64,000 bases of DNA, taken from Octopus vulgaris (taxonomy: Eukaryota). The notes under the pieces are model-generated. The model was not told the DNA's origin, made no database searches, and saw nothing but the letters and a program-made list of their open reading frames with translations. The translations under genes and the position numbers were made by a program. Below are positions 39,189-50,800 of the stretch, piece after piece (position 1 is the first letter of the stretch; each line of letters opens with the position of its first letter). The DNA is taken from assembly GCA_951406725.2 (NCBI GenBank), contig OX597828.1, positions 55,986,001 to 56,050,000 on the forward strand, in the 5' to 3' direction.

Positions 39189-39924
39189 ACGAATGGTTTA
39201 CACCTGGTAGCTTACTCGCCGATTTTGTGTGGCGACTGAAGGAAGACAAAATTAAAACTTGGTCCATAATAAGGCACGCAAAACCATACAGTATAATTTC
39301 CAGGAGATGCCGACTCTGCTGCGAGGAATCCCTGTCTATTCTGTGGACCAATGAGAAAATTATAAATAGAATTTCTGGAAGACTCTCAAGATGCCTTTAA
39401 GCATATAAATATACTCTCGCACAATGCAGCGGGAATGAATTTGTATGACAGTTAACATAATCTACTTTAAGGTATGGATGAATTAAGTTTAGCTTCTTCA
39501 TTCTTATAAACGCCAAGTAGCTATTTAACTCGCTTTGGGATTGTGAGTGCACTAGACCACACGTGTGCGTATTTTTACATTTTGGTGGCTGTTTGTATGA
39601 GCGAGTGTACACGCGCCACGCAGGTTGCGCGTGGGCGTTTATACAGCCACACTTGCATTTTTATTAATTTTCTCGCTGTATTGCGTGTTCGTTTCTTTTT
39701 TGCATCAGTGATTTTAGTTTTGATCTTCTATATAAATGAAGATATATATACTTAGTTCTCTAACAACACAAGGAGTATTACAGGGATTTACGCTCCCTTC
39801 TTAACATTACAATCTAGACTTTTTGTATTTCGGGCTGAGTTGGGGTGGAAGTCATTATAACACATTGTTTCAAGATAATTTTCTGGAAGTTTCTCATGAA
39901 TAACTCAATATATTACAGATACTG

Positions 39925-40200
39925 AAGGCACAAAGCTCAGTGCTAAGAGCATCGGGTTGACAATCAAGAAGTAGTGAGTTCGATCCCCGGACCAGGCTAT
40001 GAGTTGTGTTCTTGAGCAAGACACATTATTTCCTGTTGCCTCAGTTCACTCAGCTGCAAAAATGAGTTGTGATGTCACTGGTGCCAAGCTGTATCAGCCT
40101 TTGCCTTTCCCTTGGATAACGTGGGAGGCTGCTATGCATAGATGACTGCTAGTCTTCCATAAACAACCTTACCAGGACTTGGGCCTCGGTTGGTAACTTT
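39925..40200 (+). mobile_element. Degenerate tRNA-derived SINE related to family C
   Basis: Box B GAGTTCGATCCCCGGACC; the 3' part (CACTGGTGCCAAGCTGTATC..GCCTTTCCCTTGGATAAC..CCATAAACAACCTT) matches 19330-19465 in reverse. Confidence 0.7.
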
Positions 40201-40293
40201 CGAAAAGAGCCTTTACCCCTATTGTCTCTATACTCCTGGAGCTCTATGCATATATACATATTTGTCTTATTGTGTATGATTTATATTTTACAG

Positions 40294-40394
40294 GTGAAAT
40301 CATATTTGACGTGATGGGACAATTCCCAACGGAAATGAGTCGGGTGACCGATGTTTTGTCTGAAGCCTTAATTTCAACAAGAAACTCTAAAAAC
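40294..40394 (+). CDS. ECT2L: ECT2L exon 13
   Basis: TTTACAG| (G)EIIFDVMGQFPTEMSRVTDVLSEALISTRNSKN |GTAAGT; matches GQFMFDTMG..ALADGLMELSK; phase 1 to 0. Confidence 0.92.
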
Positions 40395-40793
40395 GTAAGT
40401 AATTTTCAATGTCATGACGTATGTGCTAAGAACTGTTGACCAAGAAACCCTTGTTTCCGCAAACAAAAGCCGCATGTGTCTTTGTGTGTGTGAGTGGGGA
40501 GGAGGAAAGAAGGAAAACAAAAAAAGAAGAGGAAGAAAAAGGTGACGACAAGAAGAATGGGAGTAAGTGAGAGAGAAAAAAATGTGATTGTAGCACATGC
40601 CGTCCTATGGCTATCATGGAGACGCTAATGCATCCGAGTTTTCCAATTCTTCTCAAGGCAAATCAGCAAGTGCATGATACGTATGTAGGGGCAGTTTTGC
40701 AGCCATTCACATTTGCTTTATTAGTTTAAAATCAACGTTTGTTTTCTAATAGAGAGAAAGTAACTCCGCCACACTGACGTATGACATATGTAC

Positions 40794-40844
<51 letters not shown>

Positions 40845-40849
40845 AGCAA

Positions 40850-40926
<77 letters not shown>

Positions 40927-41817
40927 AGAGAGAGAGAGAGAGGGAGGGAGAGAAAGAAAAGGTGGGGTTAATAAGGGATTAACCCCCCTTTGAGGAATAC
41001 GATCCATGAGGAATACGCCTTAAGCTCACTATAAATAAAAGTGCAGCAGGCAAAGGAAGGAGTCTTGTGATCGGTATTGTACTCCAGATAATCCGAGATC
41101 AAAGTCCATCACCGGTCAAATTTATAAGTCTATAGTTCCATTGCCAAGCTAATACGCTTCATTCTTTACTGAGTGATAACGTAAAATAGACAGAACTAGT
41201 GGGTTATACATATTTATTGTATTTATTATAGCTTACAGCTGTTTCAGATATGCATTTCGGTGTGTTTGTAGTTCCCTATATTTCCAGAGGTTCGATCGAT
41301 TGATAGATAAGATTGAACTTTGTACATGTTATAATATATTTAATTTGATGTGTAGGGCTTTCTTCAACAAGATATTGTTGGGAAACATTATTCGTACTAA
41401 TGCATCACCCTTTTAAACTCATGCTGCGAATTTAAGTCAAAACGACTAGAAAGAGACATACATCTCTGATGAGTCCCGGGATCATTGGGGGAAAACATTA
41501 ATATGAAATTCTACCAGTTCATTTCCTTCTTGGCTGCCATAAATCGTCAATGCTTTTATAGAATGAAGATTTGGAGTGTATTCGTGTTGATTTTATGAGT
41601 TTGATCACAGCAGCACGGTTTTCGTGATGAAATAATTGTAAATGTAATGTATTCTTTGTGCCTGAAAATAAGGTGATGAAAGTGTTATTAATATTTAAAT
41701 ATCGGTTTCGCAGCTGAATATTAATCGTGCATTTTATTTTCACGGCACTTCTCATTATCTCTATCCCCGGTTCTTCGCCATGATGATCATAAACAAAAAC
41801 AAACAAAAAAGTGATAA

Positions 41818-41827
41818 CCATCATCAT

Positions 41828-41859
<32 letters not shown>

Positions 41860-42442
41860 TATCATTATCATCATCATCATCATCATCATCATCGTCGTCG
41901 TCGTCGTCGTCGTCGATGTCGACGCCGTCATCATCATCATCATTTCTTCCACCAACCTCATCTTCCTCATCATCAACACCATTAATCTTTATCAGCATTA
42001 TCATCTTAATTGATCTCAGCTTCCCCATCATCAGTAAATTCATCAGTTTTACTAGACTGATATAGTCATTAAAAGTATAGCACTCTTCATCGTCATCAAT
42101 CAATACACATATCAACTTTCTCATCAGCGCGGTCATTTCCAATAATTTTATTTTTATCATCATCACATCGGGCAGACTGCACAGCAGCAGTTATTCCAAT
42201 TCTTAACGTTGTGGTTTCAAATTCCGCCAAAGTCGACAGAGTTGTTCATCCTTTGAAGGACGACGAAATATGTACAAGTTGAGGGGACCGGTGTATTCGA
42301 CTAAATCTCTCTCCGTGTAATTGCTGGTCTTGTACCAAAATTAGAAACCATAAACATCATCATCATCATTGTCATCATCTTCATCATCATCATCATCATC
42401 ACCATCATCATCCTCACTACCACCACCATCATCATCATCATC

Positions 42443-42490
<48 letters not shown>

Positions 42491-42545
42491 GTTGTCGTCG
42501 TTGTCATCATTATCTCATCATCACTTTTATGATGCTGATGATGAT
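41818..42545. repeat. (CAT)n/(CGT)n low-complexity tracts flanking a degenerate SINE
   Basis: Directly visible; source of the poly-S, D, I and M ORFs. Confidence 0.9.
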
Positions 42546-42688
42546 AAAAGTGTGCATATATTTATGAATACATAAACACATTCTCCCCGCACAGATATAA
42601 AAGCACACACACGATCACACGCGCACACATCAGCACACATATACAAACAAATATCCACCCGTCCCTTCTGACAATGAGCATTCAGCTC

Positions 42689-43180
42689 TCAGATCCCTTG
42701 AGATAAATACTTTTTCGTTGGAAATAGCTTGTAAGTTGCTAAGTATTTCTCAAAACCCTTGACATTTAACATAATCCTGGGGCTGGATCTGACATTCAAA
42801 CAGCATGCATATCTAGCCTCGTTTATCACTGGTGTTTCGTCCCAAAAGTCACAGTAAATAAACGAATTTGTGATAAACGGATCATCTCCAAGGACTTGGT
42901 AAATGGAACAAATTATTAGACTCATTGACACAAATATCGTGCATCACAGTAGTGAAACTTCAAACGTTACGTATTTCCTTGATAATCTCCTGTAGAAACA
43001 GCACCCATATAACTCGTACATATATCCGTACTTTTTCTGCTCACTAATCTTCGTATTTTTTCTCTTCACAAGTACATAAATCCGTATAAATGTACGCAGC
43101 CTCTCATTACACATGTAAATACAAGCGATAGTCAAAAGATTTTGAATAGATGTGAAGTTTATGTGTGGTCGCTGAGGCAT
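42689..43180 (-). pseudogene. Possible pseudogenised N-terminal fragment of a secreted or membrane protein (single in-frame TGA)
   Basis: Two track ORFs share a frame and are separated only by TGA-TGC-ACG-ATA-TTT; signal-peptide-like VSLL*CTIFVSMSLIICSIYQVLG is followed by the Cys/Trp-rich YCDFWDETPVINEARYACC. Confidence 0.35.
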
Positions 43181-43722
43181 TATATTGCGAAAGAAGCAGA
43201 AATTTCGTCTGATTACAGATTTGTGTTATCACAGTCCATTATGCAACAAACATAACATGCTTGACATATGAGTGTACAGTGTTATCTCACATCAGTCTTA
43301 AATGAATAAACGACAAACGAGGATCCATGTACAATCTATGTGACGAATTTCAAAAGAGTTTCTGTTCGAACATTTCCCTCTCAAACTTTGGACAGATACG
43401 ATGTTGCATAAAATTGTTTTTTTGAAAATGCACGCTCTGGGTTCGAACACGCGACCTCGTAATTGTGAGATCATGCGTGAACACACCCGTTCTAATTCTA
43501 AGTCAATTGCCTAAGATTAACTTAAATTTATCGATTTCCAACATTAGAAGTCGGTTCAATAATTTTTAAGCATGACCGATTATAACATATGAAAGAAAGT
43601 GTTTGAAAATTTATTATTTTGTATTTGATAGTTCCGAGTTCAGTCCCCACTACGTGACACCCTTGGTAACAGTCTTCTAATACGAATGTATGTATGTATG
43701 TATTATGTATTTACGTATTATG

Positions 43723-43753
<31 letters not shown>

Positions 43754-43918
43754 TTGATTTTGATTTTGATTTTTCCAGTTTCAGCTCATGAGCTGTGGCC
43801 ATGCTGGGTCATTGTCTCCCCGTTTATTCTCCACCCTCTATCCATTCTTTCCGAGTGTTAAGCTAATATACTAACTTGTTCCTTCAATGGTCCTCGTCCT
43901 TTATTTCATGTAAATTTC

Positions 43919-43967
<49 letters not shown>

Positions 43968-43970
<3 letters not shown>

Positions 43971-44510
43971 TGGCTGCCCCCTCGTTATCGAGTGTGGCCA
44001 TTGCACACAATGTTGTTATCTTGCAATGCCTGTGCAAGAAGATATTTTTTTAAGTGAAGAAAGGCTGTGCACTGAGTCAATTCCACACACTAAGCAACAG
44101 CAGCCATAATCCGAAAAGAAGAACAAGTCAACATCATCGGTAACCACTGAGCCGCAGGTTTTATGTTGGAGTTATACCAGTTACCTGAGTTGCCTTCTCC
44201 TAGTAGGATGCCCTGACAAAGGCTAGGAGTCCTTCACTCCCAATGGTTTAACTGCGCGATCGGTTATTCAATCCGATTATTTCTATGTCCCCACGCATGA
44301 TACAGCTTTAAGACATTTATTGGATGGCCGTTTACTCTCAAGAGTTCCTCCGCCCTTTGACGGGTTTTGTTTTTCATCCCGCATGACCAATAAACACCCT
44401 CCTCGCCAAGCGAGCTTGGTGGGGCTGCCGGTTTAGTCACCGACGACCCGACCATGCAACAGGTAGTACTGGGTTACATGTTACCAGTAGCACTCGAAAG
44501 TGACCTGACA
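43968..44510 (-). mobile_element. Non-autonomous RTE-LINE derivative (5' UTR-like part joined to a 3' tail)
   Basis: Minus strand TGGTCGGGTCGTCGGTGACTAAACCGGCAGCCCCACC..TGGGAGTGAAGGACTCCTAGCCTTTGTCAGGGCATCCTACTAGGAGAAGGCAACTC resembles RTE 5' UTRs; the 3' end GTGCAATGGCCACACTCGATAACGAGGGGGCAGCC resembles the tail at 19279-19320. Confidence 0.55.
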
Positions 44511-44519
44511 TACGTATAT

Positions 44520-44589
<70 letters not shown>

Positions 44590-44888
44590 TCATATATATG
44601 TATGTATATAATAAATATATATACACACACACTCTGACTGAATTTGGGTTAGTGGATTCAAATGGTACTTTGAACTTGTTCTTCAGATGTTCAAAATGTT
44701 CGATCTTATCTACATTCACTAATGAAAACGTTTTTTTTTTTTGCATGATGAACAGTTATATTCATAAAAATGCACGTCTGAAACATCTGTAGTAAATCAT
44801 AATATATCTGATGTCATTTGTTTGTAGAAGCAAAGGCACACATATTTACATATATACATAAATACAAGAATAGAAAGATCGATAGAGG

Positions 44889-44978
<90 letters not shown>

Positions 44979-44999
44979 CATACATTTAAGAGAGAGATG

Positions 45000-45225
45000 G
45001 GTACGTTGTCTGTCTGACTTTGTAATTGTGTTTTAGCTTCAGCGCCACTTGACAGCAGAAACCGGTTTATTTAAGTCCCCGTGACTTAGCGGATTATTAT
45101 AAATGATTCATAGAATAAGTACGAGGCCTTAAAAATAAGTACTGTGGTCGGTTCGTTCAACTAAAATCCATCAAGGTGGCACCACATCTTTGCTTCAGTG
45201 CAAAGATTGAAACAAATAAAAGATA
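45000..45225 (+). mobile_element. SINE family B 3' half, degenerate
   Basis: CACTTGACAG..CCCCGTGACTTAGCGG..TAGAATAAGTACGAGGC..TGAAACAAATAAAAGA. Confidence 0.65.
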
Positions 45226-45585
45226 TTGCAATTATCGAACCCGCTAGTACGGAATGGAAGTTTAAGCACGATGTAATTGAAATTCACATATGATAGACAC
45301 TCTAACGGATATTGCCATACTTTAATCTAGTCACGTAATGTTTTAGTAAAGTATGTTACACACACAGTGCCTTTTACTACGATTTTTCCCATAAATAAGA
45401 ATGATGAGAATTTTTGTCTGAATGTGAAAGAAATTTATAACCTAGAGTGATACTGAGATTTAGCTTATCAACTTCCGTGGGAATAGAGCTCCAGTCTAAT
45501 CTCATAAGAATTTTCATGATTGAAGCTGGAGGAATTATGGTAAACAAACTATAACCTATTTAATCCACACTTGTTCTATGTTAAC

Positions 45586-45639
<54 letters not shown>

Positions 45640-45643
<4 letters not shown>

Positions 45644-45782
45644 GAGGCATTATTACACATAAATGCCTCACGCTAAGAGGGACAAGGTCATTACTACCAA
45701 AATTATACTAATATAGTATAATTTTGGTAGTAATGACTTTGTCCCTCTAGTGTGAGGCATTTATTGTAATAATGCCTCTATA
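45640..45782. repeat. Near-perfect inverted repeat with arms of about 70 bp, centre TTATACTA-ATA-TAGTATAA
   Basis: TATAGAGGCATTATTACA..GGGACAAGGTCATTACTACCAAAATTATACTA / TAGTATAATTTTGGTAGTAATGACTTTGTCCC..TGTAATAATGCCTCTATA. Confidence 0.95.
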
Positions 45783-45919
45783 CAATATAGATATAATTAA
45801 TTTGTTCAAAGGAAAAAAATTATTTTCGAATTCTTTTCTTTTATGAGGTTTTCACGCTAACTACCCGATAATTTCTTGTTAAGATCCCTTATTAAGAGAT
45901 TATCCTTAATTGTTAAACT

Positions 45920-45952
<33 letters not shown>

Positions 45953-46095
45953 GTATATATATATATACAAACACACATGTATATTTATATGTGTGTGTGT
46001 GTGTATGTATACTTATATGCATATATAGATATAAAATAATATAAATAATATATATACGCATATATACATACGAGCATTTACATATATCTATACGT

Positions 46096-46158
<63 letters not shown>

Positions 46159-46189
46159 TATACGTATATATATATATATATATGCATAT

Positions 46190-46890
46190 GTAGGCAAAGG
46201 ATGTCATGAGACGTGTACAACAAAAAACTATGAAGTACGAGTACATGGAATATGAACAATTTGTTCGAACAACGAAAGATACAAATGGAAACCAGACGAA
46301 CAACATAAGGAACGAACTTTCCTCAGTTGTTGGCTGCCATTCTACTCTCGTATTTCGAGCATTTAACAACAATATACTCTTTCGATAAAACAGTTGCTCT
46401 CGCAAAGCAAATTAAATAAGATTTGAGAGTTTGCGGACGGGGAAAATTGGTAACATAAACAGAATAGGGAAGACCATCAGGGAGGGTTGCTAAGCCTAAA
46501 CGAGGTTGTGGGGGTGAACGTGTAAATAAAGATTGGACTGGAGACAGACAAGAAGACGTTTTACTTCTTCCAGCTACTACCGAGAGAAAGAAACACAAGT
46601 TAGGAGAAGAAAGAAAGATGGCCGATGGTCATGGCGGAACCACGTGAGGGGAGGAGTGAGGTAGAGGGAGTGACAAGGTAATAGGATAGAATAGTGGGAA
46701 AAGAGGAGGTAAAAGAATAAGAGAAAGAGAGAAAAACGAATGAGTAAGAAGATCGTATAGAGTGCACATCAGAATTATTAGGATAAAATTTACATGAAAG
46801 AGTATGCGAGGCGTTCAATCATAATAATATAAATAATATATATATATATGCATATATACATCCGTATATGTACATATTATATCTATACGT

Positions 46891-46966
<76 letters not shown>

Positions 46967-47050
46967 GGGCATAGGATGTCACGGAACTTGAACAACAAAA
47001 AATACGAAGCAGCTGTACATGGAATATGAACTATTTTTTAAAACAAATAG
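46190..47050 (-). mobile_element. Probable PLE 3' terminal region with a partially duplicated terminus
   Basis: GGATGTCA..ACAACAAAAAA..GTACATGGAATATGAAC occurs at about 46199 and 46974, each right after a (TA)n tract; degenerate hammerhead-like core at about 46340-46385. Confidence 0.5.
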
Positions 47051-47099
<49 letters not shown>

Positions 47100-47248
47100 G
47101 TGTGTGTGTGTCTGCGTAAGTATGTATTTATATATGTATGTATGTATGAATATATATGTATGAGAGAGAGAGTGCAATACATTATATAAATATATCTTTG
47201 TATGTTTGATTGTTAATATGTGTATATATATATACACGTATATATATA

Positions 47249-48545
47249 TTGGGTTGGCAACTAAATTCCCACCATTGTTTTAAATTTAATTTTTTTAAAA
47301 AGGTTTAATAAAAATAACAACTAATTAATCAATAATGTATTCACCCTTGTTGTTTACAACTTCTTCCTAACGTTCAACAAGATTTTCAATACCTCGTTGG
47401 TAGAAATCATCCGAATTCCACTCGAAAAATTGATACAACCAAGCTCTCAATTTTGCATCAGTATGGAATGAAACACCGCGCATAGCATTTGAAAGAGATC
47501 GAAAGAGGTGGAAATCCGTTGGTGCAAAATCAGGAAAGTACGGCGGGTGCGTCAGCACTTCCCAGCCATGCGTTTCAATGGCTTCCTTGGTATTATTGGC
47601 GATATGAGGGCGGGCGTTGTCATGCAGCAGAAGAACTCTATACTTCCGATTAGGTCTTTTCTCTTGAATAGCCGTGTTGAGTAGATCCATCTGTTGAACA
47701 TAGTTCTCTGTTGACTGTTTTGTTCCGTTCAAGCAATTTGTAATGGATAATCTCTTCCCTCTCCCAACATACGCGCAACATCGTTTTACGCGGATGAAGA
47801 TCTTGTTTCGCGCGCGGTGTTGCTTGTTTATCAGGGCTCAGCCATTCCTTACGCTGCTTCATATTGATGTACAGGTACCATGTTTAGTCGCCAGTAACGA
47901 TTCGTTAAAGAAATGGTTGCTTGTGTCCATGAGTTGAGCGGTGACGAGCCAGCAAACCAGCGGAGATTGTAACTCGTTGATTGTTGTTGTTGTCACTTAC
48001 AGCATGCAGAACCCGTGCTCCATACTTCTGAACCTTTACCATCGAGTGAAGATGCTTCTCTATAGCAGTGTGGGAGCATTCCATTTTCTCTGCCAGTTCT
48101 CTTGTCGTTTGACGAGAATTTTTGTGCAAAAGATGGTTTAATCGCTCTTCATCGAACTCAACTGGACGGCCAGAACGAGGTGCGTCTTTGAGGTGAAAAT
48201 GTCAATTTTTGAACTTGGCATACCAATCACGAGCGGTTCTTACAGTTATGGTACCCTCTCTATACTCAGCACAAATGTCGCGATTAGCTTTTGCGGCCTC
48301 AGAACCTTGATTAAAAGCAAAAAGAAGGAGGTATCGAAAATGCTCGTTTTTTTTTACGTTGACATTCCATTTTAATGATCTGAAAATAAACAAAAATTAA
48401 CTAAAATTAACTTGAAAGAAAAGGCAAAATAGTTTCCAAAATGATTCAAAAACATAATTCTCGAAAAAAATAGATTCCAAAGTTTAAAAACGCAATAAAT
48501 TCTAAAATTAAAAAAAAAAACCGCGGGAACTAGTTGCCAAATCAA
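47249..48545 (-). mobile_element. Full-length (1297 bp) inactive mariner transposon
   Basis: Imperfect TIRs TTGGGTTGGCAACTA / TAGTTGCCAAATCAA with TA on both sides, and a transposase pseudogene inside. Confidence 0.93.
47325..48370 (-). pseudogene. Mariner DD34D transposase pseudogene
   Basis: Frameshifted fragments: NEHFRYLLLFAF..ARDWYAKFKN (HTH), QTTRELAEK, EWLSPDKQATPRAKQDLHPRKTML, LLHDNARPH, PPYFPDFAPTDFHLFRSL. Confidence 0.92.
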
Positions 48546-48841
48546 TATATCTAACATACAATATGATATTATAATAATATATGAATATATTAAGATATAG
48601 TAAATACATTATAATATAGGTGACTATAGCAATTAAAACCAAAAAGGTAAATTTAATTAATAAGGATACAAAATAGCACCTACATTTACTAGAAATAAGA
48701 GCTATAATTTAACAGACATAAATGAACACTAAACTCAGGACTGTGAGCGGCAAGTCACGACATTTTTATACATACATACATACATACATACATACATACA
48801 TACATACATACATACATACATACACACATACATACATGTAA

Positions 48842-48910
<69 letters not shown>

Positions 48911-49199
48911 CATAAAATTGATTTTCGTTACACTTTAGTTAATGGAAGCTTATTAGTTGTTGGTTATATTTATTGAAAATATTTTGCATACATTTACGTT
49001 TCAAAAGGAGCACTTTTGGCTACCATTATAGCCCTTAATCTTTCCTCAACTGATCTGCATGATGTACTTATCACCTCTTCATTCAAAGAGTATCGCGATA
49101 TCATAAGTGGTTCTTTCGGGTCCGGTGCACTTGAGTATGAAATGCATGAAACATCGCCTCCTGTCTGTGCCATCTTACATATTTCAAAACATTGATATC

Positions 49200-49480
49200 A
49201 GGGTTTAGTGTAGGCCATGTTGACTTGTCAAAAACTGTGTCAGAGCTGGAAGAAGCACTTCAGACCTCATGGAGCAATTTGTACGAAGACCTGGTGATGG
49301 AGTCTGACACATCAGTTGAGAAAATATTAAGACCTTATGCCGAAACGCAGAAAGCAAAGTGTGCCTACTTAAAAATGTATCTGTATGTCAATATAAAAAT
49401 GATCCTACAAAGTTTCATTAACTAAATTCTAAAACATTTTATCTTAAGATAAAATAAATAACAAGTAAATATATATGCCG
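49200..49480 (+). mobile_element. Degenerate Tc1-like transposase C-terminal fragment
   Basis: KTVSELEEALQTSWSNLYEDLVMESDTSVEKILR resembles the Tc1 C-terminal helix pattern. Confidence 0.4.
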
Positions 49481-49859
49481 CACTCGCGTGTATTTGTTCA
49501 TTTTTAACGCGAACGCGTTCGACCGCGACCTCAAATTTTCTCAAGTTACGGCTCTGTCTGACTGTCTATAATCTATTGTCTCAGAATATCTATTATGCAC
49601 AATGAATTTTTTTTATAGTGAAGCCTGGTACATCTACAACTAACGAAAATTAGAAGTGACTTTCAATTATTTCCTTCTACATATAATAAATAATCTGTTG
49701 AAAATATTCATTGAACGTCCAATTATTGTTTAAATGTTTCTTTTTATATATAATTATACACGAAACGAACACTGATAAATTATTAGTCATTTTCTTCAGA
49801 TTTTTGTCGCTGTTGTTGTTATGAATATTTTCCGATTGATTTGCATTTTATTTCATCTT

Positions 49860-50155
49860 CCAACCGGGTCTCAACTAAAGACGTAAGGCACGAATATATG
49901 ACATGGAGATGATCTTTGAGAGAATGTGGGCAGTTCTATGAGTCTCATAGAATATTGGTTTCCCAAGGATCTGGTCGAAAAACTTGTCAGTACCATCCTT
50001 GATCATTCCGTAGGCACCTACAACAACACGAATGGTTTTGGCTTTTAATTGGCACGTCTTAGACATCTCAATCTTGTGGTACTTACATTTCGACAGTTTT
50101 TCAAATTCTTTCCTGATATGTTTTTATCAGTAAGCATGGTTATATGAATTCCACA
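49860..50155 (-). mobile_element. R4/Dong-like LINE 3' fragment (restriction-like endonuclease end)
   Basis: Minus strand KEFEKLSK..KIEMSKTCQLKAKTIRVVVGAYGMIK..TAHILSKIISM resembles the EKLSKYKDL..IPVVVGALG..TAHILRK motif. Confidence 0.75.
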
Positions 50156-50186
50156 AAACAGCCGGTCTTGAGCCAAAATTTGAAAC

Positions 50187-50207
50187 TATTATTATTATTA
50201 TTATTAC

Positions 50208-50259
<52 letters not shown>

Positions 50260-50290
50260 ATTATTATTGTTGTTGTTGTCATTATTATTA
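50187..50290. repeat. (ATT)n microsatellite, tail of a SINE A variant
   Basis: Follows GGTCTTGAGCCAAAATTTGAAACT. Confidence 0.9.
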
Positions 50291-50294
50291 GCAG

Positions 50295-50369
50295 GGTGAT
50301 ACTTTACAACGTCTCACTTTGATTCTAATGGAGAAATGTGGCTTAAAACAAGATACTTTTAAACAAATG
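50295..50369 (+). CDS. ECT2L: ECT2L exon 14 (probable)
   Basis: TTAGCAG| GDTLQRLTLILMEKCGLKQDTFKQM |GTAAGT; 75 nt, phase 0/0, strong donor; weak homology support. Confidence 0.7.
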
Positions 50370-50748
50370 GTAAGTAATATAATTTTTCAGCTTAAACATC
50401 GTTTAAACACTTATTCCTTGAGTTTTTCAAATAATACAATTTCATGGTATGTTCTTGGTTTTGTATAACTCTATAAACTCTAATATATTATGTCAGAAAT
50501 TATTATGATCAACGATATTGTCCTTCACACGTAAATGCAAACAGTTAAGACTCGAGAGAAATATAGCAACACATTTTTGTTGGAACTTCCCAAATGAAGC
50601 GTCTGTTTAATTGTGGAAGTATTTACGTATACTTAGAAAAGATGACCGTCGAAATATATATAACTGCACACAAGAAATTGAATATTGTTATAAGGTTAAA
50701 AAACAACACTCCTATATACATTCATGCACACACACACACACATATGTA

Positions 50749-50800
<52 letters not shown>

